From Lentimicrobiaceae bacterium (lineage in GTDB: Bacteria > Bacteroidota > Bacteroidia > Bacteroidales > JALOCA01), in contig JALOCA010000001.1 in the NCBI GenBank assembly GCA_023227965.1, positions 3,490 through 67,489 on the forward strand: a stretch of 64,000 bases of DNA. Direction: 5' to 3'. A model generated the notes under the pieces. The model searched no databases, was not told the DNA's origin, and saw only the letters and a program-made list of their open reading frames with translations. Shown here one piece after another: positions 1-9,079 of the stretch (the first letter of the stretch is position 1; every line of letters begins with the position of its first letter). The position numbers were made by a program, and so were the translations under genes.

Positions 1-2
1 CA

Positions 3-662
3 AATCCTGAAAGGGTTTGGCAACCAAAGGAATTAATTGATTTGGGTTTTTCGCATGAATTTTATTTTGAGCCGGGAACGAGTTTTCATTATTCTAATAC
101 AAACACTTTTATTATTGGTTTATTGATTGAAAAATTAACTGGTAATTCCCTGGAAACGGAAATAAACAAAAGGTTAATTCAACCTTTACATTTGGATAAT
201 ACACAATTTCTTACCCAGGGAGTAAGTTTACCCGGCAACCATGGCAGAGGATATGAAATCAGGGACACAATTCCGAATGTGGATGTTACTGAGTATTACG
301 ACATCTCATGGGGATGGGCTGCGGGATCAGCGTATTCTACCCCACGGGAATTGCAAAAATATGTGGAAACTTTAGTGGGAGGAGGGTTTCTGTCCAAAAC
401 GCTTCAGCAAAAACGCCTGACGGAAAATTTTTACAACAGCCCGGATTTGTGGTTGGGGAAAATTAGCTATGGATTAGGTCTTATGCGTTGTGGAAGGAGT
501 TTCTTTGGGCATGGTGGCGATTTATCGGGCTTTTCTTCCTCGATGTATCACAGCAACGAAAAGAATTGTACCATTGTATTGTATTTCAATACTCAGGACC
601 ATTTGCCGTCAGCCTTTCTATTGCTCCAGTATTTGAATATTCTTTATGGCGAGGACTATTAA
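3..662 (+). CDS. Serine hydrolase, beta-lactamase/DD-peptidase family (C-terminal part; 5' end outside window)
   Basis: The frame is open back to the window start (NPERVWQPKELIDLGFSHEF...). FHYSNTNTFIIGLLIE and FGHGGDLSGFSS resemble the C-terminal half of class-C beta-lactamase-like hydrolases. The catalytic SxxK motif would lie upstream of the window. Confidence 0.6.
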   Translation, partial: NPERVWQPKELIDLGFSHEFYFEPGTSFHYSNTNTFIIGLLIEKLTGNSLETEINKRLIQPLHLDNTQFLTQGVSLPGNHGRGYEIRDTIPNVDVTEYYDISWGWAAGSAYSTPRELQKYVETLVGGGFLSKTLQQKRLTENFYNSPDLWLGKISYGLGLMRCGRSFFGHGGDLSGFSSSMYHSNEKNCTIVLYFNTQDHLPSAFLLLQYLNILYGEDY

Positions 663-856
663 TGGCAAATGGTTATTAAAATATGATTGCCCCTTTTTAA
701 CTATTAGAGCTGCAACTTGGGTTAAACTACTGTTCACTAAAAGTGTTGAAATAAACACCCTGAAAAATGTCTATTACTTCAGAAATTATTAAAAAATTTT
801 CAGGGTATCCTAACGCTGAAAATAGGAAAAGAAATCCAGGCAAAAGCCTAAATACT

Positions 857-893
857 AAAAACCTCACCATATTCATGGTGAGGTTTTTATTTT
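857..893. terminator. Bidirectional rho-independent terminator between convergent genes
   Basis: A perfect 9-bp stem CCTCACCAT/ATGGTGAGG (862-870 / 875-883) with a 4-nt loop ATTC. It is flanked by an A-run upstream and TTTTT downstream, and sits between the stops of the + hydrolase and the - DUF349 gene. Confidence 0.75.
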
Positions 894-909
894 GAGATGA
901 AGGCAGTGT

Positions 910-3354
910 CTATTGGTTGTTGTTTGCCGAGCGCAAAAATTTGAGTTTTTCTTCCAGCGTTTTCACTTCTTCCTTGGCTTTATTTATTTTTTTGTCAAAT
1001 TCTTCGCGGAGAATGTTCGCATTTTTAGAATTGGCAAGAAAACCGATATTGTTTTCCCAAAGCATGATTTCTTCCTGCAACTTACTTATTTTAGTAGCTA
1101 AGAAATTGCGTTCTTTGCTGATGATTTTGCCTGCATCGGGAGAATTTTTTACTGATTCAAAGCGATTTTTATAATTAAAACTGAATGCTTCACCTCCGCT
1201 TACCTTAAGTTTATCAAAATGTTTGTTGATTACAGTACGAAATTCATTTTGTAGACGATCTTTTTCTGCTAAAGGAACATAGCCAATTTCTGTCCATTGA
1301 CGTTGAAAATTTTTGAGGCTCTCAAAGTCAACATTCCGGTTGTCGCTGGGAACAAATTCCTGTACCTGTTTAATAAGTGCTTCTTTTAATTGCAGGTTCT
1401 GCTGTTCCATTTGGGTAACATTGGAAAAAAATGTAGTTTTATTGTTGAAAAACTCATCACATGCAGCACGGAAACGTTTCCATATTTTTTCAGAATTCTT
1501 TCGCGAAACCGGACCTATTTTTTTCCATTCTTTTTGCATGTTAATGAATTCGCGTGTAGTTTTATTCCATTCTGTATTCGATTTAATGGCTTCTGCCTGC
1601 ATGCACAGGTCGAGTTTCCGATTGTAATTTTCTATTTGTTGGTCTTTCAGCTTACTGTAAAATTCTTTTTTTGCCGAGAAGAAGTTTTCAAGACTTGTAC
1701 GGAACCGCAACCAGATTTCGTTGTTTTGTTTGATGGATGCGGGACCTATTGTTTTCCATATTTTTAGCAATTCATTAACCTGGTTAGTTTTTTCCTGCCA
1801 GGATTTGATAGATTTTATTTCTTCTGAAATCAGGGCTTCTGCCTTTTCGCAAAGAAGGGTTTTTGCAACAAGGTTGTTTTGCAGCTCATCTTGCATATTG
1901 ATATAAAAATCGCGGCGCCGTTCGTTAATTTTGTCGGAAACGGTTTTGAATCTTTCCCAGATTTCGTCTTTCTTGTCCTGAGGAACGGGTCCGATTTCTT
2001 TCCACTCTTCATGAAATTTTTGCAACTGTTTGAACGACCTGGCAATTGACACCTCAAGGAGCAATTCTTCTACTTTTTCGCAAAGAGCAATTTTATTTTC
2101 AAGGTTCTTTTTCAGATCAAGGTCTTTCAGTTCTTTATTGATCTTTACTTTATCAAAAAATTTCTCAACCAGGAAATGGTAATTCTGCCATAGTCCGTTG
2201 ATTTCGTTTTTTGGAACCATCCCGATTTGTTTCCAACGATCCTGAAGCAGTCGGAATTCATCGTAGGTTTTTTTCAGGGTTTCTTCCGAGTTAACGAGTG
2301 TTTTCAGTTCTTCCAGAATCTGATTTTTGGCTTCAAGGTTCAGGAGTTTCTGTTTTTCAAACTCTTCGTTATATTTTGATTTTTTTTCTTTGTATATATT
2401 GAAAGCAGCGTTGAATTGTTCGTCGGTCATGTCATCGGCAACGAATTCTTCTTTTTTACCTCCTTCGGCTAAAAATCTTTCTAAACGCTGTTGTTTTTCT
2501 TCTTTGGATATTTTTAGAAATGCAACCTTGATAAGGGCTACCTGACTTTTTATCACATTAACATCTCCTTCCTGAACAAGTTTTTGTAAAGAATTCAGTA
2601 GCTGTTCACGATTATACTCTTCAAAATTTTCTTCTGCAATGCTGATAATTTCGGTTTCATCTAATTCTTCTTCTACAGCTATTTCAGCAATAGGCGAAAG
2701 AGAAGAAGCACTGGGGTCGAAAGTAAGGTCGGGAAGATGGATTTCAAGTTCTTTGTCTGCAAGCTCTGCTTCGACTTCTACATCTGGAACCACTTCGCTG
2801 CCAGTATTTGGCTCCGGCGAAATAGCTTCTGCTTCTTCAGTAATTTTTTCATTTATTTCGGATTCATTTTCGGCAGCATGCTTTGTGTGCATTTCTTCGC
2901 TTATGGCAATTTCAGGTGCTATTTCCTGTCCGGGAGTAGGTTCGGGGGGAATATTTTCTTGTTGAACGGTTTCTGCCAACTCGTCTTTAGTTTCGGGTTG
3001 GATTTCCTGGGCAGTTTCAGCAATAAACTCTGCAGAGGTTTCTTCGCTTATAGCAATTTCAGGTGCTATTTCCTGTTCGGGTGCAGATTCGGGTTGAATG
3101 GTTTCAAGCTGAGAAGTTTCTGCTAATTCTTCTTTAGTTTCGGATTGGATTTCCTGGGCAGTTTCAGCAACAAACTCTGCAGAGGTTTCTTCGCTTATAG
3201 CAATTTCAGGTGCTATTTCCTGTTCGGGCGCAGATTCGGGTTGAATGGTTTCAAGCTGAGAAGTTTCTGCTAATTCTTCTTTTGCTTCGGATTGGATTTC
3301 CTGGGTTGTTTCAGGTTCCTGGGGAGTGCGGGTCAGTTCGTCTTTTGTTTCCAT
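910..3354 (-). CDS. DUF349 domain-containing protein with acidic tandem-repeat N-terminus
   Basis: The C-terminal ~560 aa consist of repeated helical modules carrying the DUF349-type signature W..IG.......(I/L)W.RF......F (EIWERFKTVSDKINERRRDFY, EIWLRFRTSLENFFSAKKEFY, KIWKRFRAACDEFFNNK). The N-terminal ~200 aa are E/Q/P/T-rich repeats. Confidence 0.8.
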   Translation of the reverse strand: METKDELTRTPQEPETTQEIQSEAKEELAETSQLETIQPESAPEQEIAPEIAISEETSAEFVAETAQEIQSETKEELAETSQLETIQPESAPEQEIAPEIAISEETSAEFIAETAQEIQPETKDELAETVQQENIPPEPTPGQEIAPEIAISEEMHTKHAAENESEINEKITEEAEAISPEPNTGSEVVPDVEVEAELADKELEIHLPDLTFDPSASSLSPIAEIAVEEELDETEIISIAEENFEEYNREQLLNSLQKLVQEGDVNVIKSQVALIKVAFLKISKEEKQQRLERFLAEGGKKEEFVADDMTDEQFNAAFNIYKEKKSKYNEEFEKQKLLNLEAKNQILEELKTLVNSEETLKKTYDEFRLLQDRWKQIGMVPKNEINGLWQNYHFLVEKFFDKVKINKELKDLDLKKNLENKIALCEKVEELLLEVSIARSFKQLQKFHEEWKEIGPVPQDKKDEIWERFKTVSDKINERRRDFYINMQDELQNNLVAKTLLCEKAEALISEEIKSIKSWQEKTNQVNELLKIWKTIGPASIKQNNEIWLRFRTSLENFFSAKKEFYSKLKDQQIENYNRKLDLCMQAEAIKSNTEWNKTTREFINMQKEWKKIGPVSRKNSEKIWKRFRAACDEFFNNKTTFFSNVTQMEQQNLQLKEALIKQVQEFVPSDNRNVDFESLKNFQRQWTEIGYVPLAEKDRLQNEFRTVINKHFDKLKVSGGEAFSFNYKNRFESVKNSPDAGKIISKERNFLATKISKLQEEIMLWENNIGFLANSKNANILREEFDKKINKAKEEVKTLEEKLKFLRSANNNQ
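2890..3309 (-). repeat. 147-bp (49-codon) in-frame tandem repeat, ~3 copies, inside the DUF349 gene
   Basis: TGCTAATTCTTC... recurs at 3268 and 3121, and as the diverged TGCCAACTCGTC at 2974, an exact 147-bp spacing. The protein unit is ETSQLETIQPESAPEQEIAPEIAISEETSAEF(V/I)AETAQEIQ(S/P)ETK(E/D)ELA, present twice nearly identically plus a diverged third copy. Confidence 0.9.
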
Positions 3355-3749
3355 AACTGAATGGTTAGTATTAGTTTAACATATTTATAATCCTGCGTAG
3401 GCAGTTTTATTTGGTATTCCTAAGCCTTTCGGCTCCGGATTATTAGGGCAATGCAATTACATTAAGTACTTCCCTGATAGTACAAGGGTTAGGTTTTTAT
3501 TAACGGCTGCAAAAGTAGTAATATTTCAAGAGTAAACAAATTCTCCTTTTTTTTAAATGTATGTCTGGGTTTTTGTTGAATGTATTTACTCCGTTTTTGC
3601 ATGTGTTTTTGTTATCTAAAAGAAAATGGATAAATGCTTAAATTTAAGTTTAATAGTATTTTAGAAAAAGAATTATGTTGATTTAGGCTTTCTTGTTTTG
3701 AAAACCATTTGTTAACCCGGATTTTATAAGTACACAAAAATGATAAATT

Positions 3750-4547
3750 TTAAGCCATTTCCCAGTCTTCTTCCAGCATATTTTTCAATTGTGAGGGTTC
3801 AATTTTAGCAGTGATGCTGGCATTGGTGCAATATGCTATTTTGCCTGTTTGTTCTGAAACCACAATTGCGATAGCATCGGAACGTTCGGATATTCCCAGT
3901 GCAGAACGATGTCTAAGTCCATAATTTGAAGGTATTTCCTGATTGCTTGAAACCGGAAGTATACAACGTGCTGCCGCGATATGGTTATCAGAAATGATGA
4001 TGGCTCCATCGTGAAGCGGGGTGTTTTTGAAGAAGATGGTTTCGATTAGCTGGTCGGAAATGCTGGCATTGATACTTTCGCCGGTATCAATATATTCTTG
4101 AAGATTGTTTTTGCGGGCAATAACAATCAGGGCTCCTGTTTTTGATAATGCCATTTTATGGCAAGCCTGTACCACGGCATCCACATTCACCTGGGGACCA
4201 GGTGTATATTTCAGCTTCCAGAAAAGAAAACGTTTTTTGTGTTTTTTGATAAAACCTGGTGTTCCCAGCATCAGGAGAAATTTTCGGATTTCAGGTTGAA
4301 AAACAACAATCAATGCAATGAAACCCACACTGATAAATGCTCCTAAAATTTCTGCAAGCAATTCCATTTCGAGAATTTTTACCACCCGCCATGCTGCAAA
4401 AACGGCGATGATACCAAAAAAGATATTGATGGCAGCAGTTCCCTTTAACAGTTGGTACAACTCGAAAAGTAATATGGCTACCAAAATAATATCAATTATA
4501 TCGAGTAGCCGGACTTGCAAAAACGAATTCAACAAAATTGAAAGCAT
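3750..4547 (-). CDS. cdaA: Diadenylate cyclase (c-di-AMP synthase), membrane-anchored CdaA type
   Basis: Three hydrophobic N-terminal helices are followed by a DAC domain with the motifs TPLHDGAIII, GLRHRSALGISE and VVSEQTGKI. Confidence 0.85.
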   Translation of the reverse strand: MLSILLNSFLQVRLLDIIDIILVAILLFELYQLLKGTAAINIFFGIIAVFAAWRVVKILEMELLAEILGAFISVGFIALIVVFQPEIRKFLLMLGTPGFIKKHKKRFLFWKLKYTPGPQVNVDAVVQACHKMALSKTGALIVIARKNNLQEYIDTGESINASISDQLIETIFFKNTPLHDGAIIISDNHIAAARCILPVSSNQEIPSNYGLRHRSALGISERSDAIAIVVSEQTGKIAYCTNASITAKIEPSQLKNMLEEDWEMA

Positions 4548-4576
4548 ACAAAATTTTTTAGCACATGCAAAAATAG

Positions 4577-5392
4577 TTATTTAACCGTACAAAGCATTTC
4601 AGTCAATTTTATCGCTTCTATTGCTTCTTTAACATCGTGTACCCTGAGTAGAGAAGCCCCGTTGAGCAAAGCAATGGTATTGAGTACGGTAGTGCCATTT
4701 AAAGCTTCTGCCGGCAAAATGTTCAGCAAACGGTAAATCATAGATTTTCTTGAAAGTCCCGCAAGAACAGGATACCCTGTTTTGACAAATTCAGGTAATT
4801 GCTGCAGCAGGGTATAGTTATGTTCGATGGTTTTCCCGAAACCAAATCCCGGGTCAAGGATAATTTTATCGTACCCCAATGCATTCAGTTTTTGAATTCT
4901 CTTTTTGAAGAACTCAAGTATTTCGGCTGTAACATCAGTATAACAGGGATTCGACTGCATGTGCTGCGGAGTCCCCTGAATATGCATCAAAACATAGTAA
5001 ACATCCGATTTTGTAACCGTTTCAAACATTTTATCATCGAATGTCCCTCCGGAAATATCATTTATGATAGAAGCACCTTCTTTTATCGCCTGTATTGCTA
5101 CCTCCGAACGAAAAGTATCAACCGAAAGCAAAGTATCGGGAAAATGAGATTTAATCAGTTGTAATACAGGTATAAGCCTTTGGAGTTCTTCTGCTGTATC
5201 AGGCAAAGACGCTCCCGGACGGGTGGAAACAGCCCCTATGTCAATTATAGAAGCCCCTTCTGCAATAAGTTTTTCCACCCTTTGCAAAATAGAATCGAGA
5301 GTGCTGTATTTTCCTCCGTCGTAAAAAGAATCGGGAGTGAGGTTAACTATACCCATTACTAAAGGTTTTCCCTTTTCAAAATGTAGTTTCAT
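4577..5392 (-). CDS. folP: Dihydropteroate synthase
   Basis: A pterin-binding domain is indicated by MGIVNLTPDSFYDGG, IIDIGAVSTRPG and ILDPGFGFGKT. The 271-aa length is typical. Confidence 0.9.
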   Translation of the reverse strand: MKLHFEKGKPLVMGIVNLTPDSFYDGGKYSTLDSILQRVEKLIAEGASIIDIGAVSTRPGASLPDTAEELQRLIPVLQLIKSHFPDTLLSVDTFRSEVAIQAIKEGASIINDISGGTFDDKMFETVTKSDVYYVLMHIQGTPQHMQSNPCYTDVTAEILEFFKKRIQKLNALGYDKIILDPGFGFGKTIEHNYTLLQQLPEFVKTGYPVLAGLSRKSMIYRLLNILPAEALNGTTVLNTIALLNGASLLRVHDVKEAIEAIKLTEMLCTVK

Positions 5393-5583
5393 TTATAATT
5401 ATTTGGCTTAAATAATTTAAAAATATTTATTTACAGATAATATTGTCCGGATTTATCCCAATTCATCGGGCTACTATTTTAATAGTAAAGATAAAAAAAC
5501 TGTCTTTTTATTATTCCGGAATCCCTGACAAAAGTAACCGAAATAAAAAAAAGACAGCTATTAATTGTTAAAAAGCGCAGGTT

Positions 5584-7233
5584 TTATTGCTCAATCTGGT
5601 TACAGATATCCTGTGTAAATTGTACACCGAACAGATAATTTGTTTGGTTAACAACCATGTTGTATTCATGCCACTGTCCGTCAAGGGAAGCACCTAATTT
5701 ATATGTGTGATTAAGAATTATATTATGAATTACGGCTTTTCCATTGGTTAGGAATCCCGGCAACCAGTTTAAATTTGTAGCCATGTCTTTATACCAAAAA
5801 GCTAAAGACGGAAAAATGGTATCGAGGGGGTTGGAAGGACAGAAGCCATAAACTTTAACGGTAACACTATCAGAAGGCGGGATACCCTGGGGAACGAGGT
5901 TTATATCATAAATTCCCTGGCAAAGGTCGGATATGTCCACCGATCCCATTTCAAAACCGGATGGATCTTTAGCTTTCATCACTATAGGGACATTGCTGGG
6001 ACCACCATATATAGATACCCCGCTGGTTCCGTCATAAGTGTCAATTTGCATATAATAGCCGTATTCTCCTAATCGGCTTCCGATTAAAGCGCCACTTCCC
6101 TGCTGGTAGGCTTCCAGGTTAATATAAGAAACCTGTCCGTTTTGCAGTATACTGCTTAAAAATCTTATTTGTGCGCTACCATAACCCCACTGACATCCAT
6201 AACTTATAAACCAATCCCAGTTGTACCAGCTAAGGTGATGTAGGCTGGCAGTAATATTAAGGTTGCTGCGTGTGCCTCCAATGGCTGCCGAACCTTCTAA
6301 TGTCCATTGCCCGGTAGTGGGTTCATAACTCCATAGTTGTATAGTATCGCCGGGTTGGACGGGTGCGTTGGTAATGGGGTTAAATGTTTGGTCGGATATT
6401 TCCATGTCGAGTTGGAGGGGTGTTCCTTCAATGGTTTTAGCTACCCTGCCGGAAGCATCCTGAATGTCAATGGCAACAAAACCGGCTGAAAAAAACATTC
6501 CATCTGTATTTTCCACTCCTGTATTCACGTTTGCCATTAGTCCTCCTCCGGGAAATGATGCAAGAGAGGTAGCATCAAGATTACTAAAATATACCAGGGA
6601 AGTAGTGAGTGTTCCCTGAAGTGCTGTGCCGCTGGCGTCTTTCAGTATAGCATTTTCAGGTATAGTAAGCGCTGCGCGGGTGTTGATAGAGGGAATTGTT
6701 GGGGAAGTAACCACTGTAGTTTGGCTTACCAAGCCATTATTGACCGAAATGTCATGGTTTACCTGCGTAACCACTCCTTCGGGAGGGTTTGCCATGGCTA
6801 CCATGTTTATCGTAATATTTCCATGTGAAGTTTCTGTAATGATTACAGGGTAACTTGTGCTCAGGTAGTCACTTGTTGTACAAACAAGTGTAAATTCAAT
6901 GGGATCGCTTTGCGAGGGGGCTTTGCTTTTGGAAACACCCAGGCTAAGAAAACCGTTAGCCGATTCATAACTGGTATGTTTTACTCCCGATATGTCGGCT
7001 ACAAGGGAAGCATCGGAACCCAATATCTGTATATGAACAGCTTTATCCGTTCCGTAACCGATAGGATTTCCTGTCTGTGCATCGGTAAACATTATATTCA
7101 GCGTGGTATTAAAAGGATTGTGGTACACAACTACAGAAGTAGTGCCTGTATCCTCACATGAAGCTAATAGAATTAAAAAAAGTGATAATAGCTTCCATAT
7201 CACATTTTTACGAAGATAAGTAAATGTTTTCAT
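5584..7233 (-). CDS. Hypothetical surface/periplasmic lipoprotein (all-beta, unknown function)
   Basis: I trimmed the ORF to the internal Met giving MKTFTYLRKNVIWKLLSLFLILLASCEDT, a signal peptide with the lipobox LLASC. The rest is a long uninterrupted ORF with S/T/G/N-rich beta-type composition and no motif I recognise. Confidence 0.6.
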   Translation of the reverse strand: MKTFTYLRKNVIWKLLSLFLILLASCEDTGTTSVVVYHNPFNTTLNIMFTDAQTGNPIGYGTDKAVHIQILGSDASLVADISGVKHTSYESANGFLSLGVSKSKAPSQSDPIEFTLVCTTSDYLSTSYPVIITETSHGNITINMVAMANPPEGVVTQVNHDISVNNGLVSQTTVVTSPTIPSINTRAALTIPENAILKDASGTALQGTLTTSLVYFSNLDATSLASFPGGGLMANVNTGVENTDGMFFSAGFVAIDIQDASGRVAKTIEGTPLQLDMEISDQTFNPITNAPVQPGDTIQLWSYEPTTGQWTLEGSAAIGGTRSNLNITASLHHLSWYNWDWFISYGCQWGYGSAQIRFLSSILQNGQVSYINLEAYQQGSGALIGSRLGEYGYYMQIDTYDGTSGVSIYGGPSNVPIVMKAKDPSGFEMGSVDISDLCQGIYDINLVPQGIPPSDSVTVKVYGFCPSNPLDTIFPSLAFWYKDMATNLNWLPGFLTNGKAVIHNIILNHTYKLGASLDGQWHEYNMVVNQTNYLFGVQFTQDICNQIEQ

Positions 7234-7358
7234 AATGATGATTTTTAATGATATAAAATTATAAAAAAAAACAATTGAAATCAAGCATTGCAACGAATAG
7301 TTAATTTTTGCTTTCCCAAGCTATTTATCTACTTTTGCTTTATAAAAAAATCAGCCTG

Positions 7359-7898
7359 ATGGACACAAACTCTCAGTTCGACGATATAGTAAAAATGTGC
7401 CGTAAAGTATTCATTTCCAAAATGAATGATTACGGATGTTCGTGGAGAATCCTTCGTACACCATCTCTTACCGACCAGATTTATATTAAAGCACAACGTA
7501 TCCGCAGCATAGAAGAAAAAGGCGAAAATAGGGTTAATGAGGGTATTTTTTCCGAATTTATCGGTATTGCCAACTATTCTATCATGGCGTTGATACAATT
7601 GGAAACCGGGGTTGCCGAAGCTCCCGATTTGACTGAAAATGAAGCCTCTACTCTTTTTAATGCTTATTTTGCGAAGGCGAAATCGTTGATGGAGAATAAA
7701 AACCACGATTATGGCGAAGCTTGGCGGAATATGCGTATCAGTTCGCTTACCGATATTATTTTGGTGAAGTTGCTAAGAATAAAGCAAATAGAAGATAATA
7801 TGGGAAAAACTTTTGTTTCGGAAGGAATAGATGCCAACTATTACGATATTATCAACTATTCTGTTTTTGCCCTGATTAAATTTAAGGCGCAGGATTAA
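7359..7898 (+). CDS. DUF1599 domain-containing protein
   Basis: Two internal copies of a YG.(S/A)WR......L.D.I.(I/V)K..RI...E module (NDYGCSWRILRTPSLTDQIYIKAQRIRSIEE and HDYGEAWRNMRISSLTDIILVKLLRIKQIED) match my memory of DUF1599. The start was moved to MDTNSQ. Confidence 0.7.
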   Translation: MDTNSQFDDIVKMCRKVFISKMNDYGCSWRILRTPSLTDQIYIKAQRIRSIEEKGENRVNEGIFSEFIGIANYSIMALIQLETGVAEAPDLTENEASTLFNAYFAKAKSLMENKNHDYGEAWRNMRISSLTDIILVKLLRIKQIEDNMGKTFVSEGIDANYYDIINYSVFALIKFKAQD

Positions 7899-7955
7899 TT
7901 TAATTTATTTTATATTTTTAGAAATATTAAACTACAACAAAGGAGAATCACTGAA

Positions 7956-9065
7956 ATGAAAAAAACGATAATATTGGTTAGCAGACTGCTGGTGGGCATT
8001 GTGTTTGTTTTTTCCGGTTTTGTCAAAGGGGTTGATCCACTGGGTACAGCCTATCGTGTCGAAGATTATTTTATTGTTTTTCACCTCCCGGGACATTCTT
8101 CTCTATTTCTGCTTTTGTCAATTTTACTTTGCACTTTTGAGTTTACTTTAGGCGTTTTATTGTTGCTCAATATGCGAAGGACAATGGTTTCGTGGTTTTT
8201 ACTGCTTATAATGTCTTTTTTTACCCTTACCACGTTTTACGATGCATTGTATAACCCTGTACCTGATTGCGGTTGTTTTGGGGATGCGATAAAACTGACC
8301 AACTGGCAAACTTTTTTGAAAAACATTTTGCTTTTTATTCCGGTTATTATCCTTTTTCTACACCGAAAAAAAGCAGTACGTCCCTTTAGTAGGCTGTATG
8401 AAAGTATTATAAGTGCAGTTGTAGTTTTTGCTTTTGTTTTTTTTAGTTTATATAATTACTTAACCTTACCTTTGATTGATTTTCTTCCCTGGAAAGTAGG
8501 CAGTAAAGTAACTGTGGATAATTCTGCTCCTCCAACGGTATATCTTACCTACAAAAACTTGAAAACCGACGAGATGAAAGAGTTTTTATCTTCCGAGTTG
8601 CCATATAATGATAGTGTATGGATGAACTCATGGGAATTTGTAAAGCAAAGGGTTGTTTCCGAATTGCCCGAAGCAGGTACAATGTTGCAGATTAGCGATA
8701 CTTTGGGAAATGATGTTACAAATAGTTTTTTACAAAATTCTGATTATCAATTTTTATTGATAGCATATGATCTTAACCTTACGCGCGGTAAAGCATTTAA
8801 AAAAATTAACCAGATTTTTCAGAAAGCAGAAGGTGACGGATATTCGTTTATTGCCTTGTACAGCAACGGAAATCCTGTTGAATTTGCCCATAAAGTGAAC
8901 GCAAACTACGAATTCTATACTGCAGATGATGTAATGCTGAAAATGTTGGTTCGCTCCAATCCCGGTTTGGTATTGCTAAAAAATGGGGTTGTTATAGCCA
9001 AATGGTCATATTTTACCCTTCCCGATTACTATAAAATCAAGGCTGCTTATATTAAAAAACATTAA
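7956..9065 (+). CDS. BT_3928-family / DoxX-like integral membrane protein with soluble C-terminal domain
   Basis: The N-terminus MKKTIILVSRLLVGIVFVFSGFVKGVDPLG plus four more hydrophobic helices and a CGCFG motif look DoxX/MauE-like. A ~190-aa soluble C-terminal domain follows. Synteny with DUF1599 and tpiA is as I remember for Bacteroidota. Confidence 0.65.
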   Translation: MKKTIILVSRLLVGIVFVFSGFVKGVDPLGTAYRVEDYFIVFHLPGHSSLFLLLSILLCTFEFTLGVLLLLNMRRTMVSWFLLLIMSFFTLTTFYDALYNPVPDCGCFGDAIKLTNWQTFLKNILLFIPVIILFLHRKKAVRPFSRLYESIISAVVVFAFVFFSLYNYLTLPLIDFLPWKVGSKVTVDNSAPPTVYLTYKNLKTDEMKEFLSSELPYNDSVWMNSWEFVKQRVVSELPEAGTMLQISDTLGNDVTNSFLQNSDYQFLLIAYDLNLTRGKAFKKINQIFQKAEGDGYSFIALYSNGNPVEFAHKVNANYEFYTADDVMLKMLVRSNPGLVLLKNGVVIAKWSYFTLPDYYKIKAAYIKKH

Positions 9066-9079
9066 TAGAAGGTATTATA

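Noticed and set aside
5493-5560. A 10-bp inverted repeat CTGTCTTTTT / AAAAAGACAG downstream of the lipoprotein gene (minus strand), considered as a terminator
   Set aside because: The arms are ~35-40 nt apart and AT-rich. A U-run follows on the minus strand, but the loop is too large for a confident intrinsic-terminator call. A similar weak case is the AAAAACTC/GAGTTTTT hairpin at 30907-30928.
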